Source: Acidimicrobiaceae bacterium (lineage in GTDB: Bacteria; Actinomycetota; Acidimicrobiia; Acidimicrobiales; RAAP-2). From it: a DNA stretch of 64,000 nucleotides. The DNA is taken from contig CANGMP010000004.1 in the NCBI GenBank assembly GCA_947455165.1, forward strand, positions 890 to 64,889. Reading direction: 5' to 3'. Of the stretch, positions 1-10,337 are shown one piece after another (the first letter of the stretch is position 1; every line of letters begins with the position of its first letter). Below the pieces are notes generated by a model. That model did not search any database and had not been told where the DNA came from. It worked only from the letters and a program-made list of their open reading frames with translations. Position numbers and translations under genes: made by a program.

Positions 1-1
1 C

Positions 2-235
2 TTTGAGGCATCGGTCTCGCTCGACATTGAACGAGTCAAGGGCATCAAGAACATGCTCTTCGGTGCGGACACACTGTTCCTCGCCAAGCTGACCGGCCCC
101 GGCAAGGTCTACCTCCAGACACTCACGCTCCCAGGTCTGGCGCACGCGATTAGTCCCTATATCGCCACGGGGGAAGGGCCGACCGCAAGCGGGCCCGGAG
201 GTCTGCGCATCAATCTCGGCGGCTTTACGGGTTGA
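2..235 (+). CDS. AIM24/TIGR00266-family protein, C-terminal part (5'-truncated by window edge)
   Basis: Frame open from position 2; ...VKGIKNMLFGADTLFLAKLTGPGKVYLQTL matches the typical AIM24 C-terminal 'GIKN.LFGG..LFLA.L.GPG.V.LQ' pattern. Confidence 0.75.
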   Translation, partial: FEASVSLDIERVKGIKNMLFGADTLFLAKLTGPGKVYLQTLTLPGLAHAISPYIATGEGPTASGPGGLRINLGGFTG

Positions 236-761
236 CTTGCGGCGATTCCTCCACGAGGTAGCGCTGAATAATTCGCCCGGAGCGAGCAAAGGCTTCGGCG
301 AGACCGAGTCCCGCTAAGGCGCATACGCCCGTCGAGGCCAGCGATGCGTCGTGCAGGTTCAGATTGGCTTCGAGCGAACGCAGGGCGATGAGCAGTCCCA
401 CGAGGCCATATTCGAGTCCGCTGCGCCGCAAGACAACAGACTTGATGTCTCGGCGAACACTTACCAACATGACCTTCGCACGTTGGAGTCCAATGATGAT
501 GCCGACGCACCCACCCAGCACGGCGGCTGGAATATGCCACCCATCACTTGCAAGGAGTCGCCACAGCGCTGGTGCAATGACGATGAGACTCACGAGGGGA
601 TCGAGGACTGTAATAGCGATGTGTCGAATTCGCTGGCCCGCAGAGATGGTGACGTCTTTGCTGGCGCGTCGACTGCGGGCCACCAAGACAGCTATCACGA
701 GCAGCGCAAAGAGGGCCAGGGTCGACGTTGCGGACGTTTGGGACGTCGAGGTCGAATGCAT
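225..761 (-). CDS. Multi-pass membrane protein, possibly CcdC/DUF1453-like
   Basis: About 5 hydrophobic segments; start placed at ATG 761 (MHSTSTS), preceded by TACACT-N6; the longer ORF overlaps the MFS gene. Confidence 0.55.
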   Translation of the reverse strand: MHSTSTSQTSATSTLALFALLVIAVLVARSRRASKDVTISAGQRIRHIAITVLDPLVSLIVIAPALWRLLASDGWHIPAAVLGGCVGIIIGLQRAKVMLVSVRRDIKSVVLRRSGLEYGLVGLLIALRSLEANLNLHDASLASTGVCALAGLGLAEAFARSGRIIQRYLVEESPQVNP

Positions 762-843
762 CACCCGAGTGTAGGGAAGTCTCCTTTGGGTTCTCCGGGC
801 CAGAGCCAGCCCTCTAACCTCGTACGAGAGTTCGAGGAGCCCC

Positions 844-2286
844 GTGGAAACTGCCCCCAAAGCCGTCAAGTTTTTGTCGTCAGTGAGCGACCGATCAATG
901 GTCGCCATCGTGTTTGTCATGGCGATGTTCATGGACATCATGGACGGAACAATTGTCAACACGGCTCTCCCCGCGATTGGCAATGACTTTCATCACGGCT
1001 CACCCACCGATGTCGCTTGGGTCGTGCTCGGCTATCTGATGTCGCTGGCAATTTGGATTCCCGCTTCGGGCTGGCTGGGGGATCGGTTTGGCACAAAGAA
1101 GGTTTTCCTCTTCGCCCTCTTTGTGTTCACGGTTACCTCCATGCTCTGTGGCACGGCCCAGTCAATTGACCAGTTGACGTTCTTTCGATTCCTTCAGGGC
1201 ATCGGTGGCGGCATGATGACGCCAGTCGGCACCGCCATGCTCTACCGCGAATACCCGCCAGCCGAACGAGCCAAGGCTGGCGCTCTGCTCTCTATCCCCA
1301 CGCTCTTGGCTCCGGCGACGGGACCGGTGCTCGGTGGCTTTATCACCGATGGATTGGGTTGGCGTTGGATTTTCTTTGTCAATCTCCCCTTCGGCATCAT
1401 TGCCTTTGTCATTGGAGCCCTACGGCTCAAGGAGTACCAACACCACGCCGCCGGAAAGTTCGATCCGGCAGGTTTCTTGCTGTCGGCATTTTCACTCGGT
1501 GCCATTTTGTACGGTCTAAACCAAGTGGAGCTCTACGGCTGGAGTTCGAGTCGCGTCACGACGTCACTTCTCCTAGGCGTCATTTTGGGCGTCGCCCTCA
1601 TTGTCGTAGAGAATCGCAAGGAGGAACCAATTTTGGCGCTCCGTCTTTTTCGAGAACGCGTCTTTGCGGTCACCAATATCACCTCGATCTTTGCCACAGC
1701 GAGCTTCTTTGGCCTCGTACTCGTGATGCCCCTCATGCTCCAAGGTGTCCGCGGCCTCTCGCCAACCACGTCAGGACTCACGACCTTCCCTCAGGCCGTA
1801 GGCGTGATCATCATGAGCCAGGTGGCTCGCAAGCTCTACCCGAAGTTCGGGCCGCGTCGACTCGTTGCCATCGGCCTCGTGGTGGCCGGGCTCGTTATGT
1901 TGACCCTGCTGTGGACGACGCCAGACTCCAGTCTCTGGATTTATCGAATCATCCTCTTTAGTCGCGGACTGTGCTGGGCCTTCGTCTTCATTCCGCTCCA
2001 GGCCGCAGCGTTCTCTCAGATTCCACCTGTTGACACCGGCCGGGCCAGCGCCCTCTTTTCGACGCAGCGTCAAGTGGCAAGCTCGCTCGGTATCGCTGTG
2101 TTGATATCAGTCTTGATGGCGCAGATCAATAAGATCCCAACGCACGCCAGCTCGCTGGCCGCGGCCTATGACGCCTACAAGGTGCCGTTCTTTTGGACCT
2201 GCATGTTCGCATTCATAGGCGCGGTCACCGCTTGGTTTATCGATGACCGAAAAGTCTTGGCCGTCTTTCGACCACCGTCTAACTAG
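844..2286 (+). CDS. MFS transporter, DHA2 (EmrB/QacA) family
   Basis: DGTIVNTALP motif, GWLGDRFGTKK motif A, GPVLGGFI motif C, about 14 TMs; GAGGAG before the GTG. Confidence 0.92.
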   Translation: METAPKAVKFLSSVSDRSMVAIVFVMAMFMDIMDGTIVNTALPAIGNDFHHGSPTDVAWVVLGYLMSLAIWIPASGWLGDRFGTKKVFLFALFVFTVTSMLCGTAQSIDQLTFFRFLQGIGGGMMTPVGTAMLYREYPPAERAKAGALLSIPTLLAPATGPVLGGFITDGLGWRWIFFVNLPFGIIAFVIGALRLKEYQHHAAGKFDPAGFLLSAFSLGAILYGLNQVELYGWSSSRVTTSLLLGVILGVALIVVENRKEEPILALRLFRERVFAVTNITSIFATASFFGLVLVMPLMLQGVRGLSPTTSGLTTFPQAVGVIIMSQVARKLYPKFGPRRLVAIGLVVAGLVMLTLLWTTPDSSLWIYRIILFSRGLCWAFVFIPLQAAAFSQIPPVDTGRASALFSTQRQVASSLGIAVLISVLMAQINKIPTHASSLAAAYDAYKVPFFWTCMFAFIGAVTAWFIDDRKVLAVFRPPSN

Positions 2287-3533
2287 CTACTAAAGCGACC
2301 GGTACCACCGGCCGAATAGGCGCTTTCGGCGTGCTGCGAAAGGTCGAGACCCTTCAACTCGTCCTCCTCCGAAACACGCAAGCCCATGGTGTGCTTGATG
2401 ACTTGAGCGATGACCCAGGTCGCTCCAAAGGCAAAGGCTGCACTGACGGATGCCGCGAGTAGTTCGGTCAACATGAGGTGAATGCCACCGCCGTAGAAGA
2501 GGCCATCGGACCCGGCGCTGTTAACCGCCTTTGACGCAAAGAGCCCGAGAAGCACCATGCCGATTACGCCACCGACGCCGTGTACACCTAGGACGTCGAG
2601 TGAATCATCGATGCCTAGCTTGAACTTCATGCGAACAGCCTTGGAGCAGGCCAAGCCAGCCAACAAGCCAATGATCAACGCGGCGTAGGGCGGAACGAAT
2701 CCCGCGCACGGGGTGATGGCGACCATGCCCGCTACGGCGCCTGAGGCCGCGCCGAGGGTCGTGGCGTAGTGCTCGGTGGAGCGTTCGTAGATGAGCCAGC
2801 CAATAAGTCCCGTCGCGGCGGCGAGCTGTGTGTTGAAGACTGCGCTCACCGCGACGTTGCTCACGCCGAGCGCCGAACCGCCGTTAAAGCCCAACCAACC
2901 GAACCAAAGGATGCCGAGTCCCAAGAGCGAGAGTGGCACTGAATGCGGCGTCATTGAGTCTCGTGGCCAGCCTCGACGAGCACCGAGCACCAACACGACC
3001 GCCAACGTGGAAAAACCGGAGTTGATCTCGACGACCGTGCCGCCGGCGAAGTCGAGCACGCCGCGTTGCGCCAACCAGCCGGTGGGGCTGAAGATCCAGT
3101 GAGCGAGTGGCGCATAGACGAGAAGGGTCCAGGCGCTGATCAGTACGACGAACGACGTGAACTTGATGCGATCGGTGGTGCCACCACTGATGAGAGCAGC
3201 CGTGATGATGGCGAACATCATTTGGTAGAGCAGAACGGCGAGTGGAGAAGCATGGACGCCCGCGAGACCGGCCAGTGACGTGGGGATATGTGTAAATCCC
3301 GCGAGAGAGAAGTCGCCCAAAAGTCCAGCACCGAGGTCAGGGCCAAAGGCCCAGCTCCCTGCAATGAGAACCCAAAGAACGGTTACCACGGCCATGGCCG
3401 CCAGGCTGTTCATCATGATGGCCAGCACGTTCTTGCTGCGGACCATGCCGCCATAGAACAGCGCGAGGCCGGGGGTCATAAACAAGACGAGGGCGGCTGA
3501 AACAATGACCCAGAGGGTGTCGGTGGTATTCAC
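2283..3533 (-). CDS. amtB: Ammonium transporter (Amt/Mep), first twin-His position is Glu
   Basis: MTPGLALFYGGMVR, FAIIT, DFAGGTVVEIN, LWFGWLGFNGGS, DDSLDVLGVHG motifs; follows a P-II gene. Confidence 0.96.
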   Translation of the reverse strand: MNTTDTLWVIVSAALVLFMTPGLALFYGGMVRSKNVLAIMMNSLAAMAVVTVLWVLIAGSWAFGPDLGAGLLGDFSLAGFTHIPTSLAGLAGVHASPLAVLLYQMMFAIITAALISGGTTDRIKFTSFVVLISAWTLLVYAPLAHWIFSPTGWLAQRGVLDFAGGTVVEINSGFSTLAVVLVLGARRGWPRDSMTPHSVPLSLLGLGILWFGWLGFNGGSALGVSNVAVSAVFNTQLAAATGLIGWLIYERSTEHYATTLGAASGAVAGMVAITPCAGFVPPYAALIIGLLAGLACSKAVRMKFKLGIDDSLDVLGVHGVGGVIGMVLLGLFASKAVNSAGSDGLFYGGGIHLMLTELLAASVSAAFAFGATWVIAQVIKHTMGLRVSEEDELKGLDLSQHAESAYSAGGTGRFSS

Positions 3534-3541
3534 GAGTTTTC

Positions 3542-3892
<351 letters not shown>

Positions 3893-4031
3893 CTAGACCT
3901 TCCTACGGCCCTCTAAAGATAGAGCAGATTTCAGGGAATCTCGCAGGGGCATCCCGCGGCCGAGGGGGCACAATTTCTACGATTGCGTTGTGGGAGACAT
4001 CGTCGTCTGTCACGTATGAGAGGGAAACTCC

Positions 4032-4733
4032 ATGTTTAAGAAATTCACTGCCGAGTTACTCGGCACCGCAATCCTGGTTTACATCGCTTGCGGCACCGCA
4101 GTGTTGACACTGGGTTCATGGCACAGTGGCTTTGGAACTGGCGCGGGCATCATTGCCACCAGCCTGTCCTTCGGTCTCGTGCTGGCTGGCCTGGCCTACG
4201 CAATTGGTCCAGTGTCAGGCGCGCACGTTAACCCGGCGGTGACGCTCGGTGTACTCGTGGCCAAGCGAATGACCTTGCAAGACGCACTCGGGTACTGGGT
4301 GGCTCAGTTTGTCGGTGGCATTGCCGGTGCCGCCGGTCTATGGGCCACGCTGAACCAGTCGTCGCTGTGGGACAAGTCCATTGGGCTCGGCGCCGACGGC
4401 TTTGGGAAGCAGTCAATGATCAATATCTCGGCGACGGGCGCCTTCATTGCTGAAGTTGTGCTCACTGCGGTATTTGTCTACGTCATCTTGGTGGTTACCG
4501 GAAAGCAGGGCCCCACGGCCGTGGGTGGTCTGATCATCGGTCTCACCTTGACGCTCGTCCACCTGTTCGGTATCGCCGTGACCGGCACCTCAGTCAATCC
4601 GGCTCGTTCATTCGGGCCGGCTCTGATGTTGGGCGGCACTGCGTTGAGCCAGGTCTGGCTCTTCTTGGTGGCTCCGCTGGTTGGTGGCGTCATCGCGGCG
4701 CTGCTCAATGGATTCTTGAACGAGCGCGACTAA
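4032..4733 (+). CDS. aqpZ: Aquaporin (MIP family), AqpZ-like
   Basis: Two NPA motifs (SGAHVNPAVT, GTSVNPARS); F/H/T/R filter residues in AqpZ-like contexts. Confidence 0.88.
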   Translation: MFKKFTAELLGTAILVYIACGTAVLTLGSWHSGFGTGAGIIATSLSFGLVLAGLAYAIGPVSGAHVNPAVTLGVLVAKRMTLQDALGYWVAQFVGGIAGAAGLWATLNQSSLWDKSIGLGADGFGKQSMINISATGAFIAEVVLTAVFVYVILVVTGKQGPTAVGGLIIGLTLTLVHLFGIAVTGTSVNPARSFGPALMLGGTALSQVWLFLVAPLVGGVIAALLNGFLNERD

Positions 4734-4738
4734 GTCTC

Positions 4739-4786
4739 AAAAGACCCACGCCGGCTCCTGTCACTGGGGCTGGCGTGGGTCTTTTT
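4739..4786 (+). terminator. Intrinsic terminator after the aquaporin gene (possibly bidirectional)
   Basis: AAAAGACCCACGCCGGCTCC-loop-GGGGCTGGCGTGGGTCTTTTT. Confidence 0.8.
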
Positions 4787-4827
4787 GCTGTCCGCCTGGC
4801 TGGCCAATTATCCGTTAGTTTTTGGCT

Positions 4828-5997
4828 ATGAAGAAAGCTCCACTGCTGGCCGCGGTTGCCACGCTCGTTTTGTCGCTCGGGACTTCGGTAGCGCACTCAT
4901 CAATTAACGCGCACGCCACTGCCCCGACGCAGGTTATTTCTGTTACGCACACGCCGACGCCACCCAAGGGTGCCAACGACGAATATCGCTGTACGTGGTT
5001 CGACCCCCACTTTGCGAGTAACCAGTTCATGACGAAGGCCGAATTCATCGCGGACACGAGTAAGTCTCAGTCTGCGACCCGCGAGCTCCACCACGCAATC
5101 GCCTACATCGCCACTCCGTCGGTCGTAGCCCAGGTCAAGGCACTCGACTCCAAGGGCACCAAGGGCTGGACCTGCTTTTCTTCACCGCTTGGCGCAACTT
5201 CACAAGCAGGATTGACCGCGTTGCCGTGGCTCTACGGCTGGTCGCCGGGTCACGGCGCCGATGCGATGGACGCAGGGTATGGCGTGTTGATTCCGGCTGG
5301 CTCCATCATTGTGCTCCAAGTTCACTACAACGCCCTCGCCGGCAAGAAGTCAGTTACCTCGAACCTCCGTTTGTGGACTGAGGCAGCCGCTGGATCGTCT
5401 CGAGTGTCGCTTACCAGCCGTCAATATGTTGCGGCTCCTGATCTTCCTTGCGTCGCGCCCTATAACGACGTGAAGAAGTACCCCCTCTGCAACCACACGG
5501 CATCTCTGGCCGACTTGGCGAAGCGTTTCGGTGACTCGGCCCGCTCCTTTACCCAGTTGCTAGAGGCCGTCTGTAACAGTGGCCCACTGCCCACGACTTC
5601 ATCCTCTCCTCACGCCACGTCAGCAACCTGCTCGTGGCGGTTCAACGAAAACACGCCGGTCACGATTCACCGAGTGTGGCCACATATGCACATGCTGGGT
5701 CGAACCTTCACAATGGTTCTCTGTCACCAAGACGCGACATGCTCTCCAGCTAACGCGCAGACGCTGGTTGTGGTTCCGTCGTACAACTTTGACAACCAGT
5801 TTGGTTACGACCTGGCGACCCCCACGACGATGACCAAGGGCGACTACGTCAAGGTGACATGCACCTACGACCCGAGTCTGCGGAAGCTAAACCCGCAGAC
5901 GAAGAACTTGGCTCCTCGCTACATCACGTGGGGCGATGGATCAAGTGACGAGATGTGCCTCGGCACCCTGGTGGTCAGTTCGGGGGCGAACAGCTAA
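4828..5997 (+). CDS. Secreted copper type II ascorbate-dependent monooxygenase-like protein (PHM/DBH fold)
   Basis: Sec-type signal peptide; LHHA and QVHY (CuH site), WPHMH and DEMC (CuM site); many Cys. Confidence 0.8.
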   Translation: MKKAPLLAAVATLVLSLGTSVAHSSINAHATAPTQVISVTHTPTPPKGANDEYRCTWFDPHFASNQFMTKAEFIADTSKSQSATRELHHAIAYIATPSVVAQVKALDSKGTKGWTCFSSPLGATSQAGLTALPWLYGWSPGHGADAMDAGYGVLIPAGSIIVLQVHYNALAGKKSVTSNLRLWTEAAAGSSRVSLTSRQYVAAPDLPCVAPYNDVKKYPLCNHTASLADLAKRFGDSARSFTQLLEAVCNSGPLPTTSSSPHATSATCSWRFNENTPVTIHRVWPHMHMLGRTFTMVLCHQDATCSPANAQTLVVVPSYNFDNQFGYDLATPTTMTKGDYVKVTCTYDPSLRKLNPQTKNLAPRYITWGDGSSDEMCLGTLVVSSGANS

Positions 5998-6899
5998 AGC
6001 TTCGAGCGATACCGAGCGCCGTGGTGCTGCTCGGTGCAGTTGGTCGTGCCGTTTTCGCTTGCGCAGCTGTCGCAGAGCAAGATCAGCTGGCGACAAGCCA
6101 AGTTGGCACAGTTGTAGTACTGACTGGTTGGGGTTGAGCAACGTTCGCACGAACTAATCAGCGTCGTGTCGGGGCCAAACTCTTGGTTCATACGCCCATC
6201 AAAGATGTAGAGCGAACCCTCCCAGAGCCCCTGGTTACCAAAGGTCTCGCCGTACCGCACGATACCGCCATCGATTTGATAGACCTCAGAAAAACCGCGC
6301 TTGATCATTAGCGCACTGAGTACTTCGCATCGCACGCCACCGGTGCAGTAGGTGACGATCGGCTTGTCTTTGAGGTGGTCGTAGGCACCGCTGTCGAGGA
6401 CTCGAACAAAGTCGTGTGTTGTCTCGACGGCCGGAACGATGGCGTTGCGAAATCGTCCAATCTGCGCCTCAAAGGCGTTGCGCCCATCGAAAAAGACGAC
6501 GTCGTCACCGCGCCGTGCCACGAGGTCGTTTACCTCGGCCGGAGCTAAGTGGCGTCCACCATTGCGGACGCCGTTCTCGTCGACGTCGTGCTCGCCTGGT
6601 GCACCAAAGGAGACCAGTTCTTCGCGCACCTTCACCGAGAGTCGCGGGAAGTCGTCGCCAGTGCCCTCGGACCATTTGAAGTCAATGTCTTTGAAGCCCG
6701 GCCACTGTTTGGTCGCCTTGATGTACTTCTTGATGGCGCTCAGCGGCCCGCCGACGGTGCCATTGATGCCGTGGTGCGAGAGGATGATGCGACCCTTGAG
6801 CCCGAGGCTGTCACAAAGGGTCCACTGCCATAAACGAATGGCTTCGGGATCAGTGAGCGGCGTGAAGCGGTAGTACAGAAGAATCTTTTGTGGCTCCAC
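5994..6899 (-). CDS. trhO: Rhodanese-domain tRNA U34 hydroxylase (UPF0176/TrhO)
   Basis: [42 protein letters not shown]-terminal Cys cluster. Confidence 0.88.
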   Translation of the reverse strand: MEPQKILLYYRFTPLTDPEAIRLWQWTLCDSLGLKGRIILSHHGINGTVGGPLSAIKKYIKATKQWPGFKDIDFKWSEGTGDDFPRLSVKVREELVSFGAPGEHDVDENGVRNGGRHLAPAEVNDLVARRGDDVVFFDGRNAFEAQIGRFRNAIVPAVETTHDFVRVLDSGAYDHLKDKPIVTYCTGGVRCEVLSALMIKRGFSEVYQIDGGIVRYGETFGNQGLWEGSLYIFDGRMNQEFGPDTTLISSCERCSTPTSQYYNCANLACRQLILLCDSCASENGTTNCTEQHHGARYRSKL

Positions 6900-6937
6900 G
6901 ACTCAATATTACGAAGAATCATCCGGTACCGGAAAAG

Positions 6938-6973
6938 CAAGAACCCCCGCCGGTTGCCCGACGGGGGTTCTTG
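6938..6973 (-). terminator. Intrinsic terminator of the Liv-type ABC operon
   Basis: CAAGAACCCCCG...CGGGGGTTCTTG hairpin 12 nt after the SBP stop, followed by CTTTT on the minus strand. Confidence 0.8.
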
Positions 6974-6985
6974 AGAACTCCGTGA

Positions 6986-8335
6986 CTAGCTAAGCCACGA
7001 CGGGATTGGTGCAATCTTCGCCGTCGACTTCACCAGTGGTGAGGTGCTCAGGGGGCCGTCGCCGGTGGTGTAAATCTGTCCACCTTCGGCCACCGTGGTG
7101 TCGGTGCCGTTGACAACCTTGACGATGTAACCACCGTTGAGGCCCTGGTGGTTCGAAGCGCTGTAGTCCAGCGCCACGAGGGCTGGGGTGGCAAATCCGT
7201 TCTGGGTGACCATGGCGGCAACAACGCCGGCGCGCGTCGGAGTGGCACCGTTCAGCTGCTTGAGCACCTGAAGGAATGCAACACCCCAGGCGGTGCCGTA
7301 CTGCATGTTGGCGTCAATGACCGACTTGCTGGTGAGGCTAGGAAAGTCGGTCTTGTCAGCGAGGAGAACCTTCTTGATCCACGCGTTCCACGGGTTCTTG
7401 GTGTCCTTCGAAGCCGGGAGGAAGGTGAACGTAATGGCGTTCACTTCGTTGGTCGACTTCACGGTCTGGGGGTCAGCGCCAACGCCCGAGATGACGAACT
7501 GTGGCTTGTAGCCCAGGCTCTTTGCGGCGTCGAGGATGATCTTGGTGGCCGGTGGCACGGTGTCGAGAACGACAACCTTGGCCTTGTCGGTCTGAAGCTT
7601 GCGAACGAGGGTCGTGAAGGCAGCCTTGTTGAAAGCAACGTCAGAAGCTTCGTAGGTCAAGCGGTCTGCCGTCGGAATGGTGAGCCCACCATTCAAGAGG
7701 CCCTGGAGGCCATCGGCGCCAAAGTCGTCGTGCTGGCCAATGACGCCAATCGACTGACCCTTGAACTTGGCCTTGATGTAGTTAGCCAAGATCTTCCCCT
7801 CGACCAAGTAGCTGGGCTGGAAGCCGAACAGCATTGGCCAGGTCGTGGGGTGGTCCCAGTCCTTGGAGCCGGAGTTCACGAAGAGCTGCGGAACACCGTT
7901 GTTGTTGAGGTAGTTGCGGACGAGGTCCTGAGTGCCAGTGCCGAGTGAACCGACGGTCGCAAAGACGTTCTGGTTCTCAACGAGGTCCTGGGTCTGGGCA
8001 ACGGTGCCGTTGGGGCTGTTACAGCCAAAGAGACCGACGAAGTTGTAGCAGTCGTCCTTCAAGATGAAGTTGACCTTCCAACCATTGACGCCACCCTTGG
8101 CGTTGATGTACTTAAAGACTGCGTTGGCAGCCTTGGCTACTTCGCTGTAACCGGGAGCAGCGATACCAGACAGTGGCACGGTTGCACCGATGGTCACAGT
8201 GTGGGTGGTGGTGTTAACACCGGGGTCGTTGCCGGTAGCGCTGGCGGTGCCGATGGCTACGCCCGTGGTCATCAGACCGAGGGAGAGAGCCGAAGCACCA
8301 AGCAGAGCAACGCCACGTGAGATGCGACTTCGCAT
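6986..8335 (-). CDS. Branched-chain amino acid (LivJ/K-like) ABC substrate-binding protein
   Basis: IGATVPLSG...INAKGGVNGWKV..DD pattern; last gene of a livG-F-H-M-like operon; Sec signal ending ASA, no lipobox. Confidence 0.88.
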   Translation of the reverse strand: MRSRISRGVALLGASALSLGLMTTGVAIGTASATGNDPGVNTTTHTVTIGATVPLSGIAAPGYSEVAKAANAVFKYINAKGGVNGWKVNFILKDDCYNFVGLFGCNSPNGTVAQTQDLVENQNVFATVGSLGTGTQDLVRNYLNNNGVPQLFVNSGSKDWDHPTTWPMLFGFQPSYLVEGKILANYIKAKFKGQSIGVIGQHDDFGADGLQGLLNGGLTIPTADRLTYEASDVAFNKAAFTTLVRKLQTDKAKVVVLDTVPPATKIILDAAKSLGYKPQFVISGVGADPQTVKSTNEVNAITFTFLPASKDTKNPWNAWIKKVLLADKTDFPSLTSKSVIDANMQYGTAWGVAFLQVLKQLNGATPTRAGVVAAMVTQNGFATPALVALDYSASNHQGLNGGYIVKVVNGTDTTVAEGGQIYTTGDGPLSTSPLVKSTAKIAPIPSWLS

Positions 8336-8400
8336 GTTGATTCCTTTCAGGATGGGGGGGTACTGCAGATGTGAGCGTATCGCCCTTCGGGCGAAACCAG

Positions 8401-9438
8401 TCAGCGGGAAGTGCGAACTTTTGCGAACACCTTGGAGATCAATCCCGAGATTCCCCGAGGTGCGGTCAACATGGTCACAATCAAAAGCCCACCGAAGAAA
8501 ATCGTCTTCAAATTAGACCCAAGGTTTGAGTAGGGGTCGATACCGGTGCTGTTTGTCAGCCACGACAAGAAATTGTCGGAGTAGGCGTAGATAACGCCAC
8601 CCAGAATCGCACCACTGATGGTGCCAATGCCACCGAGGACCATCAAGGACAGAATGGTGATGGACAGGCCCACGAGAAAATCCTGTGGTGATACTGAGCC
8701 CTTCGTAAAGGCCATGAGCGATCCAGCCAGTCCGGCGTAGGCGGCCGAAATAGTAAAGGCCAGCACGCGCGTCCGGGGAAGATTTAGGCCCACCAATTCG
8801 GCCGCCACGTCATTGTCGCGAACGAGACGCATCGCACGTCCGGTTCGACTGGCGTGGAGATTCGACATGAGCATGACCGCGACCCCGACAACCAGGAGCG
8901 AGAACATCGCGAGCCACTGGGCGTTCACGGTGATGAGTGAGGTGGTGTCGTGGCGCAGCGATCGGAGCCACGACGGGGCAGTTGGAATGGTCTCGAGCTG
9001 AAGACCAGCCGGTCCGCCCGTCAGGCTGGAGAGGTTCTGAATGAGCGGCGGGACGGCAGCACCGAAAGCCAACGTCATGCCGGCGAGATAGGGACCACTT
9101 AAACGAGTGGCGGGAATTCCCACGAGTAGTCCAGCCAAGGCACTGAGGGCGGTCGCCAAGAGCATGGTGGCTGCAATGGGTAGCGAAGAAAAATGCTTCA
9201 ACAAGATGGCCGTTCCGAAGGCGCCGAACGCCATGAATCCTGCGTGTCCGATCGACACTTGGCCGCTCCACCCAGTTAAGAAGTTGAGCCCCAAAATGGC
9301 GATGACGATTGCCGCACCGCGGGTCAAGGTGGAGTTGGTGATTGGTGGCACTACGAAGGTCAGACCCATCAGGGCGACAATCGATGAAACAGTGACCACC
9401 AGGCGACGGGTCGTCGTGTTTTGGCGAAGGAAGTTCAT
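8401..9438 (-). CDS. livM: Liv-type ABC permease (LivM-like)
   Basis: GLNFLTGWSGQVSIGHAGF, RLSGPYLA, SRTGRAMRLVRDNDVAA. Confidence 0.88.
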   Translation of the reverse strand: MNFLRQNTTTRRLVVTVSSIVALMGLTFVVPPITNSTLTRGAAIVIAILGLNFLTGWSGQVSIGHAGFMAFGAFGTAILLKHFSSLPIAATMLLATALSALAGLLVGIPATRLSGPYLAGMTLAFGAAVPPLIQNLSSLTGGPAGLQLETIPTAPSWLRSLRHDTTSLITVNAQWLAMFSLLVVGVAVMLMSNLHASRTGRAMRLVRDNDVAAELVGLNLPRTRVLAFTISAAYAGLAGSLMAFTKGSVSPQDFLVGLSITILSLMVLGGIGTISGAILGGVIYAYSDNFLSWLTNSTGIDPYSNLGSNLKTIFFGGLLIVTMLTAPRGISGLISKVFAKVRTSR

Positions 9439-10337
9439 CAGACTCTCCGTTGTGCGTTTTTGGTGAAGAGGCCTTGCGGGCGAATGAGTAGCGACACAAT
9501 GAGCAAGATGACTCCAACGAACCCGGCGTAGCCCGAGTTGAAGTAGTCGTTCACGAACTGCATGACAACACCGATGACGACGCCGGCAAGGAGCGCGCCA
9601 CCCGGGCTCTCGAGTCCACCGATCGCCGCAGCAATAAACCCAGCGATGAAGACGGTCTCCATGTTCGCGGGATAGAGGCCAGTGTCGCCAGTAGAGATGA
9701 TGACGGCCGCTACCGCCCCAACGGCGGTCGACAGGGCCCAGCCCAGCGTCAAGAGGCGATTAACTCGGACACCGAGGAGTCGGGCGACTTCGGGGGCCAA
9801 GGCTGAAGCCCGAAGTTGGAGCCCCAGTTTGGTAAAGCGGAATAGCAGGGCCGTAGCGGCCATCACCGAAATGGCGGCGATGATTTGGAACAGCGCGAAG
9901 GGGCTCAGTCCCGTTGGCGCGCCGTCGCTTTGGAAGAAGATTGAAGAGAACGGAGGGTCGATGAATCGAGGAGTGCCGCTCCAGATGGCCGCCGCAATGG
10001 CCTCCAAGAGACTGAGGAACCCGACCATGACGACGATGGGATTGATGTCGGCTTTGCCGTACAGAGGGCGAACGAGGACTCGCTCAGTCGCACCACCAAG
10101 GACGAATCCGGCAGCCACGGAAATCAGTGCGCAGACCCAGTAGTTGAGGTGGTGGTCGAGCTGGGTCATGCCGATGTAGGTGGCGAACATGGCCATGGCG
10201 CCCTGGGCAAAGTTCAACACGTGCGTGGACTGCCAAATAAGCACCAGGCTCAGGGCGACCAGACCAATCACGACTCCAGCGGTAATACCGCCGAGGAGGT
10301 CGTTGAGAATGCGCGAAGCGAAGATGGAGGCGATCAT
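9438..10337 (-). CDS. livH: Liv-type ABC permease (LivH-like)
   Basis: LNFAQG, TKLGLQLRA, AAIGGLES, RPQGLF motifs. Confidence 0.88.
   Translation of the reverse strand: MIASIFASRILNDLLGGITAGVVIGLVALSLVLIWQSTHVLNFAQGAMAMFATYIGMTQLDHHLNYWVCALISVAAGFVLGGATERVLVRPLYGKADINPIVVMVGFLSLLEAIAAAIWSGTPRFIDPPFSSIFFQSDGAPTGLSPFALFQIIAAISVMAATALLFRFTKLGLQLRASALAPEVARLLGVRVNRLLTLGWALSTAVGAVAAVIISTGDTGLYPANMETVFIAGFIAAAIGGLESPGGALLAGVVIGVVMQFVNDYFNSGYAGFVGVILLIVSLLIRPQGLFTKNAQRRV

Noticed and set aside
4032-4733. Aquaporin as a dedicated ammonia or glycerol channel because it sits next to amtB
   Set aside because: Filter residues look like water-selective AqpZ (F/H/T/R); adjacency alone is insufficient
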